In this document: one piece after another, positions 49,456-64,000 of the stretch
Position numbering within the stretch: position 1 is the first letter of the stretch
Layout of the letters: each line of letters begins with the position of its first letter
NCBI RefSeq assembly: GCF_009914755.1
Contig: NC_060947.1
Source of the DNA: the human T2T-CHM13v2.0 reference genome, Homo sapiens
Reading direction: 5' to 3' (one strand)
Length of the DNA: 64,000 nt
Program-made: the position numbers and the translations under genes
The notes under the pieces: model-generated
Seen by the model: the letters and a program-made list of their open reading frames with translations, nothing else
Databases searched by the model: none
Told to the model about the DNA's origin: nothing

Positions 49456-50503
49456 GATGAATAGCTCTCTAATTTGTGTTCAGTTATTAGACTTCCTGAT
49501 TCTACATGTTTAGAAATAACCTGAATATTCAAAAATGCAATCTTACACTTCCTGGGAAGAGATAGTGGGGTGATTTCAAATTTCTTTCTTTTTTTATTCC
49601 TTTTCTTTAGCAAACAAATTTTTAATCTTAATTCTATGCTGAGTAGTTGAATAGCTCCATTTACCCAGATACAGAAAAGCTAAATGCATTTATAAACAGA
49701 AAATCTAAGTGTACATAAACTCCTAGAGACCACTGAGGGTAACTAAATTAAAGTACTCCAAACTATAATCCAGGGGTTACTGAAAATCTGATTCTGATAC
49801 ATCCGTCTCTGTATGTACAAAAGATATATTTCAGGATGCTCAAAATTAAAGCACTGACATTCTAAACACCAAGCAATCACTGAATTAAAGTATGTTGGTA
49901 ATTCTTTGAACACAGTGTCTCTGAAGTCAGTGACATCAAAAAAATAGCACATGCTCTTCCTTTTGTATTTTCACTATATTAAAAAGCAACAGTACAAATG
50001 CTGTGGTGTTAAAAAGGATCCTTATTTTTTAACAAAGGAACTTTTATAAACAATTCTGTAATGAAAGGAAAATAGTATGTTAATACATAAAAGTTTTTGT
50101 TAAACAAGATTTTACAATTTTTAAATCAGAAAATGTTAAGATTAAATGTTAAGATTAAACAAAAAAGCAACCTACACAATTTCCATTAAATGTGTCTTTG
50201 TACACATGTCCTGGGCACTTTGAAAATGTTAAAATCATTAAAGTTTGACTTCTGCCGCTGCTGCCCCCATCTCAGCATTGCCCCCTCCCTAACCTGGCCA
50301 AAGGGTCTGATTCCAAATTTCTGAAAACTTCACTCCCAAAAAACACAGCGAGATGAACAGAACATGAATTCAATACAAGAGCATGAAGACAAGGTAGTGA
50401 GACAATGAAATGAGATGAAAAGGGTTAGAAAAGAGTTAAACAAAAATATAAAATGTGAAATAAGACAAAAACATAAAGTTAAGAAATAAACTAGAAATAT
50501 CAA

Positions 50504-50755
50504 GATCATCTGAGGTCAGGAGTTTGAGACCAGCCTGGCCAACATGGAGAAACCCCGTCTCTCCTAAAAATACAAAAATTAGCCGGGTGTGGTGGCAGCT
50601 ACTCGGGAGGCTCAGATGGGAGAATCCCTTGAACCTGGGAGGCGGAGGTTGCAGTGAGCCGAGATTGAACCACTGCACTCTAGACTGGGCGACAGAAGGA
50701 GACTCCATCTCAAAAAAAAAAAAAAAAGGAAAAGAAAGAAAAGAAAAGAAAGAAA
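50504..50755 (+). mobile_element. AluS, 5'-truncated with small internal deletion
   Basis: Starts gatcatctgaggtcaggagtttgag. gtggcagctactcggg lacks the usual gcctgtaatccc segment. Confidence 0.9.
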
Positions 50756-51899
50756 GATAGATCAAGGAATTAATAGAAAAAAATTATAAATCAAAGGGCA
50801 GGTTATGTTCCAAGAATAACTGAAAAGAGCAAGCAACACTGGAATATAGCTTCTGCTTCTGAACACCAAAGGGAAAACTTTAATTTTTCAGGCATTCAGG
50901 TAAAAAAGGCAAGCTGATTATGAGGAAGAAAATATAATTGCTACCAAATGTCTCTCTACTAAATTTAGTATGTGAAGCTAACAAAGCAATGTCTACATAA
51001 TTCTAAGGAAAATAAACTCTGTGAGTGTATGTGCCTTGTGGGGGGGTTGTGTTGGGGGCAGGGGGCATGATGTGCCATGCAAAGGCAAAACCTAGCCATC
51101 CTATCATAAACAGAAAACAAGAACAAATGGGCTAGTACAATATTCAGTACCCAGATAAAATAAAGTAATACTTATAGAAGAAAAAAAAGTTGTCTAATCC
51201 AAGTGTAATTTAGATATAACTGTAGGTAAAATTTATCATGCATAAACTTAAAGAAAACACCATCCATAGACCCCTGTTTAAAAACAAAGATATGAATTAA
51301 ATTTACAAAATTAAGCATACAGTGGAAAAAAGAAACAGTAAAATCAATCATTTTTCTATGTACCTAAGTATGAAACTAAAATTAAATAAAATAAGAATGA
51401 TAGGAGGGAGAATTTGCTGTGATAAAACTAAGAATTTTCAAATAATAATATGTTAGAAAAACTGGTAGGTGGGAGGAGTGGTGGAGAAAACCTATGAGTG
51501 TGACTTATCTTGAACTTAATATTAGAACATCAGTAAATAATAAAACAAATATGGAATTGAAAGAGTAACAATTCCAACCACATAATATCTTTTATAATCT
51601 TTTCTTTATAATATTTTGGGGTCTCTTTGTCTTCTCTTGCCTTCAAGTAATATTAAACTTTAAGCATTTATTTGAAACTAGTGTGCACAGAGCTTCCAGG
51701 TGCTGGCCTCTTGGCCAGCCATTTAAGTAGGCATTGGGAGAGCAGTCTTGGCCTTGCTGTGTTAACACGTTTCTGCACAGTAAACCATGGCTGTTTCTAC
51801 ATGGTAAATCTGGAATGATGGTTTGGTTTTACTTTTCTGTGCAGTTTATTAATTTTTAATGGGCATGTATAGTTTCTATTAAAAATAAATAGTATACTT

Positions 51900-52191
51900 G
51901 GCTGGGTGTGGTGGCTCACGCCTGTAATCCCAGCACTTTGGGAGGCCAAGGCAGACAGATCACTTGAGGTCATGAGTTTGAGACCAGCCTGGCCAACATG
52001 GCAAAGCCTCACCTCTACTAAAAATCCAAAAAATCAGCCAGGTGTGGTGGCACACAACTATAATCCCAGCTACTTGGACAACTGAGGCAGGAGAATCTTC
52101 AAACTAGGAGATGGAGGTTGCAGTGAGCCAAGATTGCACAATTGCACTCCAGCCTGGGCAACAGAGTGAGTGAGATTCCAACTCAAAAAAG
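51900..52191 (+). mobile_element. AluS (Sz/Sx-like)
   Basis: Full dimer ggctgggtgtggtggctcacgcctgtaatcccagc... Confidence 0.92.
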
Positions 52192-53689
52192 AAAATAGGG
52201 TGTACTTTTAAAAAATGAGGCAAAACTGCCAAGTGTGTCTTTCAAAGAAGACATCTAAACACTAGGCATGAAATAAGAAAAATAACTCTCCGTTCAAATG
52301 TTACTAATTTATGCTTGGAAGTTTTATTATAATTTGCTTGGAAGCCCAATTATAAATACTAATTTCTTAGATGTGATTGCAATTAATTGGATTCCCAGGC
52401 AAATTATAGACATTGGCCATGGAAAATATAAAATTAGGAGAAAAGCAGAAACACGCATATTAGAGAAGTCACTTTTCTACAAGTACATACCCTCTTCTTT
52501 CAATTACAGTAATCTTTACTTATGTTTATCTTGGCTTCCTTCTTCCTGGCCTGGCTCTTCTATTTATTTTGAAAACAAATGTGTCACCTTGTATGAGTCA
52601 GCAACACCTCAGAATCTTGCTGCAATATTTCTGGAAGATCATGAGGCACATAAATAGCTCGAGAAGTTCACAAATCCCTAGAGAATTAGGGATGGTTCAG
52701 GTACCACATTTAAACTATGATTTATTTCCCTCTCCTACTTCTGCATTTGTTAGTAGTGAATACCAAGAATGCCAATGCAATGTTCAGCCCACTAAACCAT
52801 TTATATACTGATTTATAGACCAAACCGGCATTCTAGGTACTAGGAATTTAATGGTGAACAGGTGAAACTGTGAAAATGATGACCCACTATGCTTATAGTT
52901 TACATGTTTACTAACAAACAGGTAAAAATCATTAAACAGTTTAGTTTGCATTATAATAAAGGTAGACACAGGAAGTTACAGATATAAGGACGAGATCAAC
53001 AAATAATTAGACAAGGACAAAACTTTAAAGACCAGTCATCAATACTGATGATTTAAGCAAGTAAAAGTGATGTGGAAAACAGAAGAAAAAGAGAGAGGGA
53101 AAAGAAACAAATACAGCCTGTCCCCTTCAGAGCTTGACAAATACACAAGTAAGATAACTGCTGTACAATTTGGGGGGCAAAATTAATTTGGCAAGTGTCA
53201 CTTTCTTCAAAATATTAAAGGAAGATAAAATATTACCCTAAGCCTTAAATAAAGCTTCCAAAACACTTAGCATGGATCCTAGCACATAATAAAGGTGCAA
53301 TCAGTGCTAGCCACCTTTATTAGCATCAGAATTCTTTAACGCAGTTCTAGAAATTTTACAAGAAACAATAGGAATCCATATACATTAATTATAGATGGCC
53401 TAAAATCCTCATGTAAATAATTTCTTTTAAAGAGGAACAAATTAGAAAGTTGTCAAATACAGTTGTTTACTCTTTGATTTATATTGTTCAGTTTCTTTGC
53501 TCATCTCATTTTGCAAACACTGTCAAATTCTACAAACTCATCACATCCATCCAAGATACAAGAAAAAAAAATCTCATATTTTACCTCTTAGAGATCTTCC
53601 TTGAAATTTCTTATTTCTTTGTTTATACACTACTATATTATACCACTTCTGGACTGGTTAGATCATCACAAGATGAAATAGAAACTAAC

Positions 53690-54065
53690 TGATATGATTA
53701 GGCTTTGTGTCCCCAACCAAATCTCATCTTGAATTGTAGTCCCCATAATCTCCATGTGTCAAAGAAGAGACCAAGTGGGAGTAATTGAATCATGGGGGCA
53801 GTTTCCCCCATGCTGTTCTTGTGATAGTGAGTGAGTTCTCACGAGATCTGATGGTTTTATAAGGGACTCTTCCCCCTTCACTAGGCACTTTTCCTTCCTG
53901 CTGCCTTGTGAAGATGCCTTGCTTCCCCTTCACCTTCTACCATGATTGTAAGTTTCCTGAGGTCTCTCCAGCCATGCTGAAAAGTGAGTCAATTAAACCT
54001 CTTTCCTTTATAAATTACCCAGTCTCTGGCAGTTCTTTATAGCAGTATGAAAACAGACCAATACA
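53690..54065 (+). mobile_element. THE1D-like solo LTR (MaLR)
   Basis: TGatatgattaggctttgtgtcccc...aaacagaccaataCA. Near-TSD ctaac/ctaat. Confidence 0.9.
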
Positions 54066-54142
54066 CTAATGTACACAGAACATAGTTTCCTCGTTATGAA
54101 CAAGTAAGAGAAAGTACAAATTCCATAAGTTAAGGGACTGGT

Positions 54143-54222
54143 TCCCAGGGGACATTAGGTAATATCTGGAGATATTTTTGTTCCTCACAACTGGAAGGTG
54201 CTATTGGCATCTAGTGGGTATG
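54143..54222 (+). mobile_element. MER20 fragment
   Basis: cccaggggacattaggtaatatctggagatatttttg...cacaactgg...gtgctattggcatctagtgggta. Confidence 0.75.
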
Positions 54223-54225
54223 ATC

Positions 54226-54568
54226 TGAGAGACCAAAATGGATGCCCCTTTATCAACTAAGGGGTATGCTAAGGTTCTTGGTTGGCATGGCACATTTCTA
54301 AATTCCTATAGCTAAACTTGTTAACAATAGGAGCTATCAACTCTGATTTACAACCCAGACCTCTACAACTCTGATTGGACAGAAGACTGGCCTTATAAAG
54401 ATTATTTTCTGATAAGCAACTGCAGACCACAAGCCAGTTTCAGCTAGATTATAGAGGCTGTGCACAAATTCTGTGTCCTGTAGTTCACTTTTCGATGTAA
54501 AGAGCCAAATTCCACCTCATCTTAATGCTAAAACCCTGCCCCAAAGTGAACATTGAATGTTATGTTAT
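54226..54568 (+). mobile_element. LTR 5' portion (MER72/LTR47-like)
   Basis: TGagagaccaaaatggatgcccctttatcaactaag...ctctgattggacag...aaattccacctcatcttaatgctaaaaccctgccccaaag. Family assignment is from memory. Confidence 0.55.
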
Positions 54569-55333
<765 letters not shown>

Positions 55334-55349
55334 TATGTAACCACGTTAT

Positions 55350-58020
55350 TCAGACATTGGACAATAGGTAGCACAAGACAAGAAAACCTATAAGGACACA
55401 AATGAGATGAGCTACAATTTTGCCAAAAAAATGATTTGACGTAGTTTCAAATCCACAGTGCAAGGAAGGCTAATCCCAAGATAGCTCTGCAATTTTTCCA
55501 AGTTGTGGATAAAGAGATTAAAGCTTGAGGCTGAGATGGCCAGATCTTGTGGGCAGACTGTAAAGCAGGATGAAACTGCATGAAGAGAGAAACCTACAGG
55601 GATTCAGAGGGACCCTTTGATTTCTGGCTGAATACTGACTTGAATGTGCATGGCTTCAAACTGCATAAGTCTGGGGGAAGAATAATCAGACAGCAATAAA
55701 GGAAACCATTCTAGCAAAAACTCACATTTCAACCAGTCAGAGTGCAGAGAATGCACAATTCATGAAGCATTGGCTAGAGTCCTCAGAAGGATATCACCTA
55801 GTAATGGGATAAATTGGGCCTAGGCTAAAGGCTACTACTCTGAACCCGCCCCCAAGAAAGCTTAAAAGAAACTTTTAAAAATAAGAAAATGAATCTCAAA
55901 AGGAACTTAACTACATGCCAGAACAAAGTCTAACACTTTCTAGAAAGATACAGCAAAATTCAAAACACAAAAATTTGACATCCAATCAAAAATAATCCAG
56001 TGTGCAAAGAAGCAGGAAATTGCGGCACATAAAATGGGAAAAAAGGGATCTACAGAAGCAGGACCAGAAATTATAGAAATGATAGCATTAACAGCAAAGG
56101 ACATTTAAGAACTAATATAAATATGCTCCATATGCCCAGGAATGTAGAGGAAAACATGGACATAGGGAGGACAGGAATGAAAGCTACAGAACAGAGCTGC
56201 ATAGAAATTCCAGAAGTAAAAAGGAAGAAATGAAAAATATGTCAAATAGGATTTTTAAAATGTTAGACACCATAGAAGATAAGATTACTTAAAAGGAAAG
56301 CAAAGACACAATGATTTAAAATAAATAAATAAATAAATAAATAAACTATTAAAATGAAGCAGAGGGTGGGAAATGACCAAAAGGAAAAAAAAAAAGATCA
56401 TAGACTCATTGACCCATGAGACAAAATAAGCTGGTCTAATGCGTGTAATTAGAGTCTCAGAACAAGAGAAGAGAGAAGATGGGAGAAATCAATAAATAAT
56501 ATTGAACAATAAATTAAAAATTTGATTAAAATTGTATGTCCAAAGTTAGAGGAATCTCAATTACCCCTAAGCAGAAGAAACAAAGATAATTAACTCAAAG
56601 TATACTTAACCATATTGCTTCATATGCCAGATACTGAAGGAAAATCTTCAAAGCAGATAGAAAAATTAAAGATACTTTATATATAGTAAAACAAGGATAA
56701 GAATCTCAAAGGTTTTTCAGAAAATATGCATGCCGGAAGAAAATAAAGCAATATCTTTAAAATGCTATTTAAAAAAAAAATCAACTTAGAATTTTATACC
56801 CATGAAATATCTTTGAAAAGTGAAGATGCCTTAAAGACTACCACAGGTATACAAAAGGTGAACTCATAGCCAGCAACCTAGCATTATAAGAAATGTTAAA
56901 AGCAAAAGGAAAATGATAACAGATGAACCTTGGGGTCTACACAAAGAATGAAGAATTCTAGAAATAATAAATACATGATTATATTTAAAAGATGATTTTT
57001 CTTATTTTTATATCTCTGGAAGAAGATAAGTTTAAAGCAAAAACCATAAAAATGTGATGTGGAGCTTGCAACAAATGTAGAAGTATGATTTAGGACACTA
57101 AGAATACAAATGAAGGGAGTAAACAATGAAAGTATATTGTTATGACATTTTCATATTATACATGAAGTCATTCAAGATGAAACATACTGTGTTCCAAAAA
57201 GCAATTCTCAAAAAATTTAAAAGGATAGAAATCCTAAGTTTTGTCTTAACTAGAAATCAGTAGGAAGATATATGTAAAATTCTCAAAAATTTACAAAATA
57301 AACCATACACTCATATGAAATTCAAAAATGGAATCACAGAAGTAATCAGAAAATACCTGTGTAAAAATAAAAACATGCTATAACACAAAATGTGGGTTGT
57401 AGCTAAAATAGTGCATAGGGCAAAATTTATAGCATAAAGCTCTTATATATGAAAGGAAAATAAGGTCTCAAATTAATTATCTAAGCTCCTACAATAAGAA
57501 ATTATATAAAGAGAGTCAAACTAATCAAAATTGAGCAAAAGTAAGGAAATAATAAAGGACAGAAATCAATAGCATAGGAAATGACAAAAAAATAAAGAAA
57601 AACAATAAAACAAGAAGGTTTTTTTTTTTTTTTTTAAAGCAGCACTAAAATTGACAAAATTCTATTGGGATGAATCAAGAAAAAGTAGAGAATACATAAC
57701 TTACCAATGTCAGTATTGCAAAAAGGGTTCATCACTACAAACCTAACAGACATCAAAATGCTAACGATAAAGGTGAATTAGGCGATAATATGACCTATGC
57801 TATTTTTATCAATGTGATAACTTGGATGAAATAGTTCACTTCCTACAAAGACATAGTTTATAAATGCTACTAAAGAAGAAATAGACAACGTGAATAGTCT
57901 TATGTCTACTAAAAAATGGAAATAACATATAAAAGTCTCAATAAGTAAATAAACTTTAAGCTCATACAGGAGCTTCTACTTCTTAGAGAAGATAAATATC
58001 AGAATTCTTTCTAAATTCCT
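55350..58020 (+). mobile_element. Old L1M remnant (5' region, ORF1/ORF2 fragments)
   Basis: A-rich strand bias. aaaatgtgggttgtagctaaaatagtgcatagggcaaaatttatagca and aagaagaaatagacaacgtgaatagtc resemble decayed L1 ORF2. Confidence 0.75.
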
Positions 58021-58211
58021 CCATGAAAGCTCTACTAACTCACATAAAAGGAGACTCTCTTCATTCATTGATTCATTTAACCTGAGTACATCATTCTGCT
58101 AGTTACATGAGATGAGAAGGCTAAACTTTATTCCTGCTATCATGTTTACACTGCATTGGGGAATAAAGATAAATCAACGATTATAATTCTGTATCTTGAA
58201 TAATAAAATAG

Positions 58212-58589
<378 letters not shown>

Positions 58590-58684
58590 TCATCTGCTGG
58601 TTTTCAATCATTTTAAGCAATTGCACATTTTCTCCCCATAGACTATCACTGCACAAATCACAGAAGGTTTCACAGAATTGGTAG

Positions 58685-58882
<198 letters not shown>

Positions 58883-58924
58883 TAAAATAGGGAGCCCCAG
58901 TATCCAAGAAGTACAACCACACAC

Positions 58925-59130
58925 TTGCTACTCAAAGGCTAGGCCTTGGTTCAGCAGCATTAGCATCACTTGGGAGCTTGCTGGAAATGCAGACTCTCCT
59001 GGCCACACCATATACCTACTGAATACCACATGCCTACTGAACACCATATACCTACTTAATCAGAATCTGCGTTAAAGCAGATTCCTAGATGATTCGTGTG
59101 TGTGACCAAGTCTGAGAAGGCCAGTTCTGG
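58925..59130. mobile_element. MER5A-like fossil with an internal 18-bp triplication
   Basis: cagcagcattagcatcacttgggagcttgctggaaatgcaga...cctact(g/t)aatcagaatctgc. Repeat at 59006-59059. Confidence 0.8.
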
Positions 59131-59922
59131 ATCATGCTGGACACTGGAGTTGGCATCTTCAGATGCATGAGTTTCTCCCTCTCCATATTTACATTTCCTT
59201 CACCCCTAGTTCCTTACTCCAGAGATCAAGTTATCCAATTTGTGCTCCATGTATCTCTGACCTCACACTCCTGACAGCATTCATTTCCCCTGACATATAA
59301 ATGTATTCCAGTCTTTCCAAGGTAAAACACAAAAATCACTTTCTCAACTGTGAATTCCCCCTAAACACAGCCTCTTCTCTCTCCTCTATGCTCTAGAGAC
59401 AGTGTTAGGGAAAGACTTTAAACTTATAGAAAAAGTTGCATGTATTTGGTCTGAATTTCCTCCTTACATTTTATTCTATAACGCAGAGTTGTATCTGTTA
59501 CCTACTATTGATCCACAGAAAGTCTCCCACACAGATTTCCAGTGACTTCCTAACTACAAAACTCAGTGAGCCCTTTTAGTCCGCATCTCACTGACCTCCA
59601 ATAGAATTAAAAAGTGTTGACCTTGTCTCCTTGTCTTCCTCTTTTATAATAAAAGTAGCTAATATATATGTAATGTGTGTTATCTTCAGATACTGATTAA
59701 GTGCTTTACATGCATTCAAAAAAAATTTTTTTACTTAAATTTAGTGCTTTTGCAATTTTCATGATACTCCCCTAACTCCTTATGTGCCTATTTGCCTAGC
59801 CCTTCTTTTCAGGCTTAGGTCTTTAAATCATTCTGAATAATCTCCAGTCTTGGTCCCATAAATTTTCAAAACTCATCAATTCTCCTACAACTGAGTCTAG
59901 AATAATTTGATACTCCCCCGAG

Positions 59923-60037
59923 TAATATAAAAAAATATAAAAAAATTTTTATATTTTATAAAAAATATAAAAAAATTTTTTATATTTTATAAAAAATATA
60001 AAAAAATTTTTTATATTTTATAAAAAATATAAAAATT
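59923..60037. repeat. Pure-AT palindromic tandem repeat (~31-bp unit, ~3.5 copies)
   Basis: Unit atataaaaaaattttttatattttataaaaa; no G or C over 115 nt. Confidence 0.95.
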
Positions 60038-60387
60038 GAGTCTCAGTGCTTAAAAAGGAAAAAAAGTTTATGTTCCAGAGCTATAAAATTTGATACAATG
60101 CAGACTGTACCCATCATATGGTGGTTGGCAAAGAATATCTCATAATAATTATAAAAATTCATAAGCATTCTTCAAAACATTTCCACTTTACTACTACTAC
60201 GTCCCCTAAGTCGAAAAGAAGACTTAGATGAATTCTGCATCTCTTCATTGGTGCCCAAGTAACACCATCTAGAAATACAAGTAACACTTTTATGTGTTAC
60301 AAAAATGTAAAATACCAATGTTAATCATTTTTAAAAATAAAAGCCTATTATTTATTATACTAAAAACTTTTTGAAAATTGTCTATGT

Positions 60388-60706
<319 letters not shown>

Positions 60707-60929
60707 CTATGTGTCAGTCACTCCAGCCTCCATCCCTTTGTCTGGTCCTTACTCTCAGCTGGTCACCCTGATTCCTGTTGCACTGAGAAAAGTAAAGCAT
60801 TCAAAAGAGAAGTTCCATAGACGCCATTTTCACACCCACCAATGCAGCTGCATCTGGTGCATTAAAATCTCATGCATCCATGGATTCTCATGTATCCATG
60901 AATTCTCATGCATCTCCTGTCCCAGGACG

Positions 60930-61915
60930 TAGAAGCTTGCTCCCATTTCAAACCTGCCTCCATACACACACAATGGTAGACATTGCCATTTAAGGTCATG
61001 TGCTTCAGCAATTCCCCCCTTTCTCCTCTAACATCAAATAACCCCTCTCTTCTGAATAATTTTCATCTGCTTGTAAAATATAATTATTTCTCTACTCTAA
61101 AAACAATTAAATGTTTGATTACCTTGTTCACACCTCTTCCCACAATCTCATTTGCGCCCCTGATCACTTTTTTTTTTACAGTAATGCTCACTGAAATGTT
61201 TCTATACTCCCTCTCTGTTTCCTCCAACCATTTATCTGAAATTCATGCCAATTAGGCATTTTCTTCTGCCACCCAATAACACTGCTCTTGTCAAAGTCCA
61301 CAGTGAGCTTCCTGTCGCAGAATCCGATGAATAAATTTGAAGTCTCCATGCTCTTGCAGCACTTGACGCAACTGATTACCTCTTCCTTGTTGAAAAGCTT
61401 TCATCGTTTGGCTATCGGAACACCACACTCCCCTGTGTTTTCTCCCAATTTATTGGCCTCTCTTAAATCTCCTTCTTCATCTCCCTATTCCTCTTATGTT
61501 GCTGTGATTCAGTTTAACTCATAGACCTGTTTTCTTTCTGTCACCTCAGTGAGCTTCATTACTTTAAACAGTACCTTCATGCATGGCATTTGTTCTTTCA
61601 GCCTAGAACTCTCACCTAAATTCCAAACTCCTATGCCTGTTTCCCTACAGCACATCTCATACGGATTTCCATTTACATCTGAAACATGCCATGCTCAACA
61701 CCAAACTTCTGGTCTATTCTTTCTCCCCACCCCACCCCCAAAACTATCTGTGCCTGACACATATCCCACATCTCGTACATTCCAGCTTTCTTACCCTAGT
61801 TTTTAAGGACAAAAGCCCTGGCAACACCACTGACTCAACTCTTTCTCCCGTTCCTCATATTGAATCTCTCACCATGACCACTCTAGACTGAGCCACCACT
61901 ATCTCTCATTTGCTC
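60930..61915 (+). mobile_element. L2 remnant
   Basis: cactgctcttgtcaaagtccacagtgagcttcc...gcagcacttgacgcaactgattacctcttccttgttgaaaag...cctagaactctcacctaaattccaaactc. Confidence 0.7.
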
Positions 61916-62610
61916 AGTGGATTAGATTGTACCAAGTAAAAGAAAAAGCCTGAGTGTCTCACCCACTAGACACACTACTGCAGGTCCCATTCTAGTGTCT
62001 CTAAAGAATTGACAACTTCCTTAAAAGGAAGTACTCAGGAGCCATATTTTAATGCTCTTAGGAAAATATTTCCAAGTGGAAAATCTTTGTAATAAAAATT
62101 GAGTCTGTCTTTCAGTTTGGACATATATCTGTTTAAAAAGAATAGCAACAAAGTTAATCTTTATTTCCCTTTCACAAGTATATTCTAATTGGGGAAGCTA
62201 TTGTTCTGATATATTAAAGCAAAACATTGCTAAATGGTACAAATTCTATGTGCTTCTCCTTTTCCAGCCAACACACATCTGGGGAATATTATATCACTTT
62301 CACGTTTAGCTCTCATCAGCTTCTTTCAAGACCTTTAACTATTTTACAGACATATCCAGACAGGTACAGGTTCTGTTCCAATCCCTACAGGTATGCATTT
62401 AATTATCACTTTAAATTTTAAGACATAAAACCAGTTATAGAGCAGTGAAGAGATAAAAAGTTTTGAGTGCAAGAAATCCCCACAGGAGAGGCATGTTAAC
62501 CCTTTTACTTTCTGAGGTCTCTTTTCAGTAGTGTTGGAATATTTCTTTCAGAGCCACGTGAAGGGGCAAGGAGCCCTGTCTTCCTTCTCTCCTTGAGGTG
62601 CCATTAATTA

Positions 62611-62922
<312 letters not shown>

Positions 62923-63129
62923 CTATGATTTTAAACCACTAAAACTTCCTTCTCATTTAAGGATAAGCCTGTCCAAGCAGGGATGACTGGGCCAAGAACC
63001 TTACATTCGACACAGGCTCATCTTTTATTCCCTGATGAGGGAAGTAAAACCTCCTCCTCTGCTCTGTGTGCTGTGACACAGAATAGGTTTAGAAGGGAAA
63101 CCCTACAATACAGCAGGAAAGAAATGTAA

Positions 63130-63320
63130 CTAGAAGCTACACCACCTGGATTTTAGATCTTATACTCCACTAACCAACCATGTGATCTTGGACAAATAAA
63201 TCTCTTCTCCTTGTGTATGAGTTTCCTTGTCCATCAAGCTTACCTAATGAAATTCACATCTAACTTCTTCTAAGGACTGTTATGGGAATCAAATCTATAA
63301 GCCTGAAAGACATTTCAAAA
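63130..63320 (+). mobile_element. MIR fragment
   Basis: ctccactaaccaaccatgtgatcttggacaaataaatctcttctc...agtttccttgtccat...aggactgttatgggaatcaaat. Confidence 0.6.
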
Positions 63321-63520
63321 TGCAAAATCGCAAAGAAATTACTTGATAATTATATATGTAGTAAAGTGAAAACCTCCTTTTCCTTCCCATTTCCAGGCTG
63401 AGAAAGACTACTTATCTCAGGATGCATATTCATCCCAAACAACTTGTATTTTTACCCTTGATTGATCCCTGAAGCCAATAAGGTTTCAGCTTTCTATGAC
63501 GTTAACAGGTACTGCATACT

Positions 63521-63702
63521 TCCAATGTTGACATCCACTGAGTTCTTACTTAGTGTTGAGATTTCATGAATCAGAAACGTCAAAGTCAAAGATGGCAGCT
63601 GTTTTACCAGCTGTTTTATCCAATGCTGACATCCACTGAGTTCTTACTTAGGGTTGAGATGCCATGCATCAGAAACGTCAAAATCAAAGATGGGAGCTGT
63701 TT
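63521..63702. repeat. Tandem duplication, period 98 bp
   Basis: tccaatg(t/c)tgacatccactgagttcttacttag... starts at 63521 and 63619, with about 7 mismatches over ~84 nt. Confidence 0.95.
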
Positions 63703-63911
63703 CATTCAGCAAGGAGGCAAGTCATAAACAATGATATATCAAGTTTCACCAAAACTAAGATCATTAAGAATGAGAAATAAATAATGCCATTTAAAATTTA
63801 AGATTCCATTGATTGTGAGAAAGGAATGTTTCAATCTAGGAAAATGTATATTTTGTATTTGGTTAAAAAAAGTTTGTCATGGTTTTTAAGATTTTTGAAA
63901 ATAAGAGAACA

Positions 63912-64000
63912 GGCCGGGTGCGGTGGCTCACGCCTGTAATCCCAGCATTTTGGAAGGCTGAGGTGGGCGGATCACCTGAGGTCATGAGTTCGAGACCAGC
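63912..64000 (+). mobile_element. AluS 5' part, cut by the window end
   Basis: ggccgggtgcggtggctcacgcctgtaatcccagc...ggatcacctgaggtca. Confidence 0.92.

Overview
Human/great-ape-type genomic DNA from the middle of ANOS1 (KAL1, anosmin-1; Xp22.3), transcribed on the minus strand. Five intact internal coding exons are present. By their sizes (223, 185, 130, 206 and 145 nt) and translation they are exons 4-8. All have canonical GT-AG borders and join in one open frame encoding the end of the cysteine-rich region, the WAP domain and FnIII repeats 1 and 2. The remaining ~98.6% is intron, filled with Alu, L1, L2, MIR, MaLR/ERVL LTRs, hAT and mariner fossils and simple repeats. I see no new gene or stand-alone biological system. 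The most interesting unexplained structures are an old inverted duplication beside exon 8 that preserves an Alu empty site, a possible stop-free exon 7-8 circRNA, a duplicated exon-4 branch-point region, two motif-rich degenerate minisatellites, an AT palindrome array and a nested mariner fragment. Repeat subfamily names are recognised by eye and need RepeatMasker/Dfam confirmation.
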